Part shown: positions 61,482 to 64,000 of the stretch, one piece after another
Layout of the letters: each line of letters opens with the position of its first letter
Numbering within the stretch: the stretch's first letter is position 1
Assembly (NCBI GenBank): GCA_041665505.1
Contig: JBAYIR010000004.1
Coordinates: 6,797 to 70,796 of the forward strand
Direction: 5' to 3'
Length of the DNA: 64,000 nt
From: Patescibacteria group bacterium
Lineage (GTDB): Bacteria; Patescibacteriota; Patescibacteriia; UBA1558; GWA2-36-10
The notes under the pieces: model-generated
Seen by the model: only the letters and a program-made list of their open reading frames with translations
Database searches by the model: none
Told to the model about the DNA's origin: nothing
Made by a program: the position numbers and the translations under genes

Positions 61482-62132
61482 ATGAAAAAAGATAAAAATA
61501 TTAATTCAGATGATTTGTCACCAGAAAGGAGTGATATGGATATGAGTAATTTTTCAGAGGACGATGAAGATAGTTTAGTTTTTTCTTGGTTGAAAAAATT
61601 TGGTATTTTAATTTTTGAAATAGTCAAAGTAGTTTTGATTTCTCTGGCTATTATTTTGCCAATTAGATTATTTCTAGTGCAGCCTTTTTATGTGGAAGGG
61701 GCATCAATGGAGCCAAACTTTTATCAGAATGAATATTTGATTATAGATGAGATATCCTATCGTTTTAATGCTAAAGAGAGAGGTGAGGTTATTATCTTTA
61801 AAAATCCTAAAGACACCAAGTCTTATTTTATAAAAAGAATTATTGGGCTCCCAGGCGAGACAGTCTCTGTAGAGAATGGCAAGGTTTTTGTTGGTGGCGA
61901 ACAACTTGATGAGCCTTATATAGAAAATTTTTCATCTGATACGCATCTGGCTGTTACTTTAGGTGAAAATGAATATTTTGTAATGGGTGATAATAGAACT
62001 AATAGTTTAGACTCCAGACAATTAGGACCAATTCATAAAGATTACATTATTGGACGAGTTTGGATTAGAGGTTGGCCGATAGATAGAATTAATACTTTCA
62101 ATGTTCCAGAGTATAAAAAAATTAGTCAGTAA
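61482..62132 (+). CDS. lepB: Signal peptidase I
   Basis: GASMEPN, FIKRIIGLPGE and GDNRTNSLDSR motifs. Confidence 0.95.
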   Translation: MKKDKNINSDDLSPERSDMDMSNFSEDDEDSLVFSWLKKFGILIFEIVKVVLISLAIILPIRLFLVQPFYVEGASMEPNFYQNEYLIIDEISYRFNAKERGEVIIFKNPKDTKSYFIKRIIGLPGETVSVENGKVFVGGEQLDEPYIENFSSDTHLAVTLGENEYFVMGDNRTNSLDSRQLGPIHKDYIIGRVWIRGWPIDRINTFNVPEYKKISQ

Positions 62133-62163
62133 AGTTTTAGGAGTTAATAAATAATTAAGATAT

Positions 62164-63483
62164 ATGGCAGTTAAAAAGAAAAAAGTCAAAATGCAATTGG
62201 TTAAAGGCATGAAAGATATTTTGCCAGATGAACAGCTTTATTGGAATTTGATTAGAAAAAAGGTAGAAAATTTTGCTAGAAATTACGGATTTTCTCGTAT
62301 TGATACGCCGATAGTAGAATTTACTAGTTTATTTAAGCGTACAGTCGGAGAAGATACTGATGTGGTGAGTAAAGAGATGTATTCATTTGTCAGCCCTGGT
62401 GGCGACAAATTATCTCTCCGTCCGGAAAATACCGCCTCTGTAGTCAGAGCTTATATAGAGCATGGTATGCTCAACTTACCTCAGCCAGTAAAACTTTTTT
62501 ATATTGGACCGCAATTTCGTCATGATAATCCTCAGGCCGGACGTTATAGGCAGTTTTGGCAATTTGGTTTTGAGGCCATTGGTGATGATGATCCAGTGAT
62601 TGATGCTCAACTGATTGCTATTTCTTATTATATTCTCAAAGAATTAGGTTTAGATATTGAAATTCAGGTCAACAGTGTTGGAGATAGTGATTCCAGAGCA
62701 GAATATATCAAGGTGCTTAAAAAATATTATCAAGATAAGAAAAAATTACTTTGTAAAGATTGCAACTTAAGATTAAATAAAAATACCTTACGTTTGTTGG
62801 ATTGTAAAAGCAAAAAATGCCAAGAGTTAGCTGAAGAGGCTCCACAAATAGTTGATTATTTGTCAGAAGGAGGCAAGGAGCATTTTATGGCGGTGTTGGA
62901 ATATTTGGATAGTTTGGATATTAAGTATAGTCTCAATCCTAGAATAGTCAGAGGTTTAGATTATTATACTCGGACCGCTTGGGAAATATTTGAGTGCTCT
63001 TCTAAAGATGGTAAACTTAATGCCTTGGGTGGCGGTGGACGCTATGATGATTTGGTAGATGCCTTGGGTGGCCGACCTACTCCAGCTATTGGTTTTGCTA
63101 TTGGGGTAGAGAGAGTAATTATGAAAATGCAAGAAGCTAAAGTAGAGCTTAATAAAAATAAAGGTTTTGATATTTATGTTGCTCAGCTAGGTAATGAAGC
63201 TCGTAAGAAAGCTATCAGTCTTTTTGAAGAGCTTAGATCACAAGGATTTTCTGTAACCGAGAATATGTCTAAGAAAGGTTTGAAAGATCAATTGGAGGCT
63301 GCTGATAAAAAAAATGCTAAATATACTTTGATTATGGGGCAAAAGGAAATATCTGACGATACCATATTGATTAGGGATATGGAGAGTGGTGTTCAGGAAA
63401 TTGTGGACTACAGAAAGATAAAAATGGAAATTAGAAAAAGACTAGATAAGAATATTGCTAAAAATTTAAAGCTTAAAAAATAA
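62164..63483 (+). CDS. hisS: Histidyl-tRNA synthetase
   Basis: KGMKD, KEMY, LRPENTA, PQAGRYRQF, VRGLDYY and GGGRYD motifs. Confidence 0.97.
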   Translation: MAVKKKKVKMQLVKGMKDILPDEQLYWNLIRKKVENFARNYGFSRIDTPIVEFTSLFKRTVGEDTDVVSKEMYSFVSPGGDKLSLRPENTASVVRAYIEHGMLNLPQPVKLFYIGPQFRHDNPQAGRYRQFWQFGFEAIGDDDPVIDAQLIAISYYILKELGLDIEIQVNSVGDSDSRAEYIKVLKKYYQDKKKLLCKDCNLRLNKNTLRLLDCKSKKCQELAEEAPQIVDYLSEGGKEHFMAVLEYLDSLDIKYSLNPRIVRGLDYYTRTAWEIFECSSKDGKLNALGGGGRYDDLVDALGGRPTPAIGFAIGVERVIMKMQEAKVELNKNKGFDIYVAQLGNEARKKAISLFEELRSQGFSVTENMSKKGLKDQLEAADKKNAKYTLIMGQKEISDDTILIRDMESGVQEIVDYRKIKMEIRKRLDKNIAKNLKLKK

Positions 63484-63620
63484 TCCCCTAACTGGGGATA
63501 TTTTTTTTGTTGACTTTTAGTTAAAAATCTGTCATTATAATTACGAGAATAATAGCTAAAAGCAATTATTCTTTTGACACTTTATAGGGAATTTAATTAA
63601 CAAGAAACGGAGGTGATTTT

Positions 63621-63866
63621 GTGCTAGAAGTTAAGCGTAAAGATGGAGAATCGTTTGAAAGCTTAATTCGAAGATTTACCAGAAAAACAATCCAAAGCGG
63701 CAAAATTTTGCAGGCTAAAAAAATTAGATTTTTTACTAAAGAGAAGAGTAAAAAAGCACTAAGAGATACAGCCTTACGTCGTAAAACTATTACAGCTCGT
63801 TTTGATTATTTGAAAAAAATAGGTAAATTAGACGATTTTGAATCAAGTCATGCCAAAAGGCGATAA
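63621..63866 (+). CDS. rpsU: 30S ribosomal protein S21
   Basis: EVKRKDGESFESLIRRF pattern; upstream of a yqeY-like gene; GTG start preceded by GGAGGTGA. Confidence 0.88.
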   Translation: MLEVKRKDGESFESLIRRFTRKTIQSGKILQAKKIRFFTKEKSKKALRDTALRRKTITARFDYLKKIGKLDDFESSHAKRR

Positions 63867-63892
63867 TTTTTTATTTTTTAGATATTTGTTAG

Positions 63893-64000
63893 ATGTCTTT
63901 AGAAAAAGAGATAGAAAAAAATTATATTGAAGCTTTTAAAGCTAAAAAAGAAATAGAAGTATCCACTTTGAGGATGCTTCGGAGTGCTCTGAAAAACTTG
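63893..64000 (+). CDS. GatB/YqeY domain protein (partial, runs off the window)
   Basis: MSLEKEIEKNYIEAFKAKKEIEVSTLRMLRSALKNL...; the usual rpsU-yqeY synteny. Confidence 0.8.
   Translation, partial: MSLEKEIEKNYIEAFKAKKEIEVSTLRMLRSALKNL

Overview
AT-rich, gene-dense bacterial chromosome segment using genetic code 11. The gene content suggests a Patescibacteria/CPR (Parcubacteria-like) organism; this is inferred from the membrane-anchored Clp ATPase, Cys-rich pilins, mostly SD-less genes and short palindromic repeats. Most genes are housekeeping: ileS, recO, tgt, glyQS, rsmI, metG, tatD, rmuC, a complete F1Fo ATP synthase operon, a UvrD-nuclease fusion, pheST, gyrB, secE-nusG-rplK-rplA, pepA, pth, der, lepB, hisS and rpsU. 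Four observations stand out. (1) Directly after the ATP synthase operon is a six-gene Ehr/Hyf-type complex-I-like membrane module with no recognisable redox cofactor sites. Its NuoB-like subunit has no cysteine at all (three of four Fe-S ligands are Asp), the large subunit lacks NiFe motifs, there is no NuoI-type ferredoxin, and a beta-carbonic-anhydrase-like gene lies on each side. (2) Several GC-rich orphan islets carry strong GGAGG Shine-Dalgarno sites and GC-rich hairpins, most with their own sigma70 promoter and some with boxA-like motifs. Housekeeping genes are mostly SD-less, except rpsU. (3) Short palindromic elements are inserted in frame in tgt and uvrD, nested in one another, and inside a duplicated 60-bp L1-type leader. 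(4) A YerC/HisR-type repressor has an operator in its own promoter and is followed by an unannotated 32-aa hydrophobic peptide gene. All calls come from motif recognition by eye; no database search was run.
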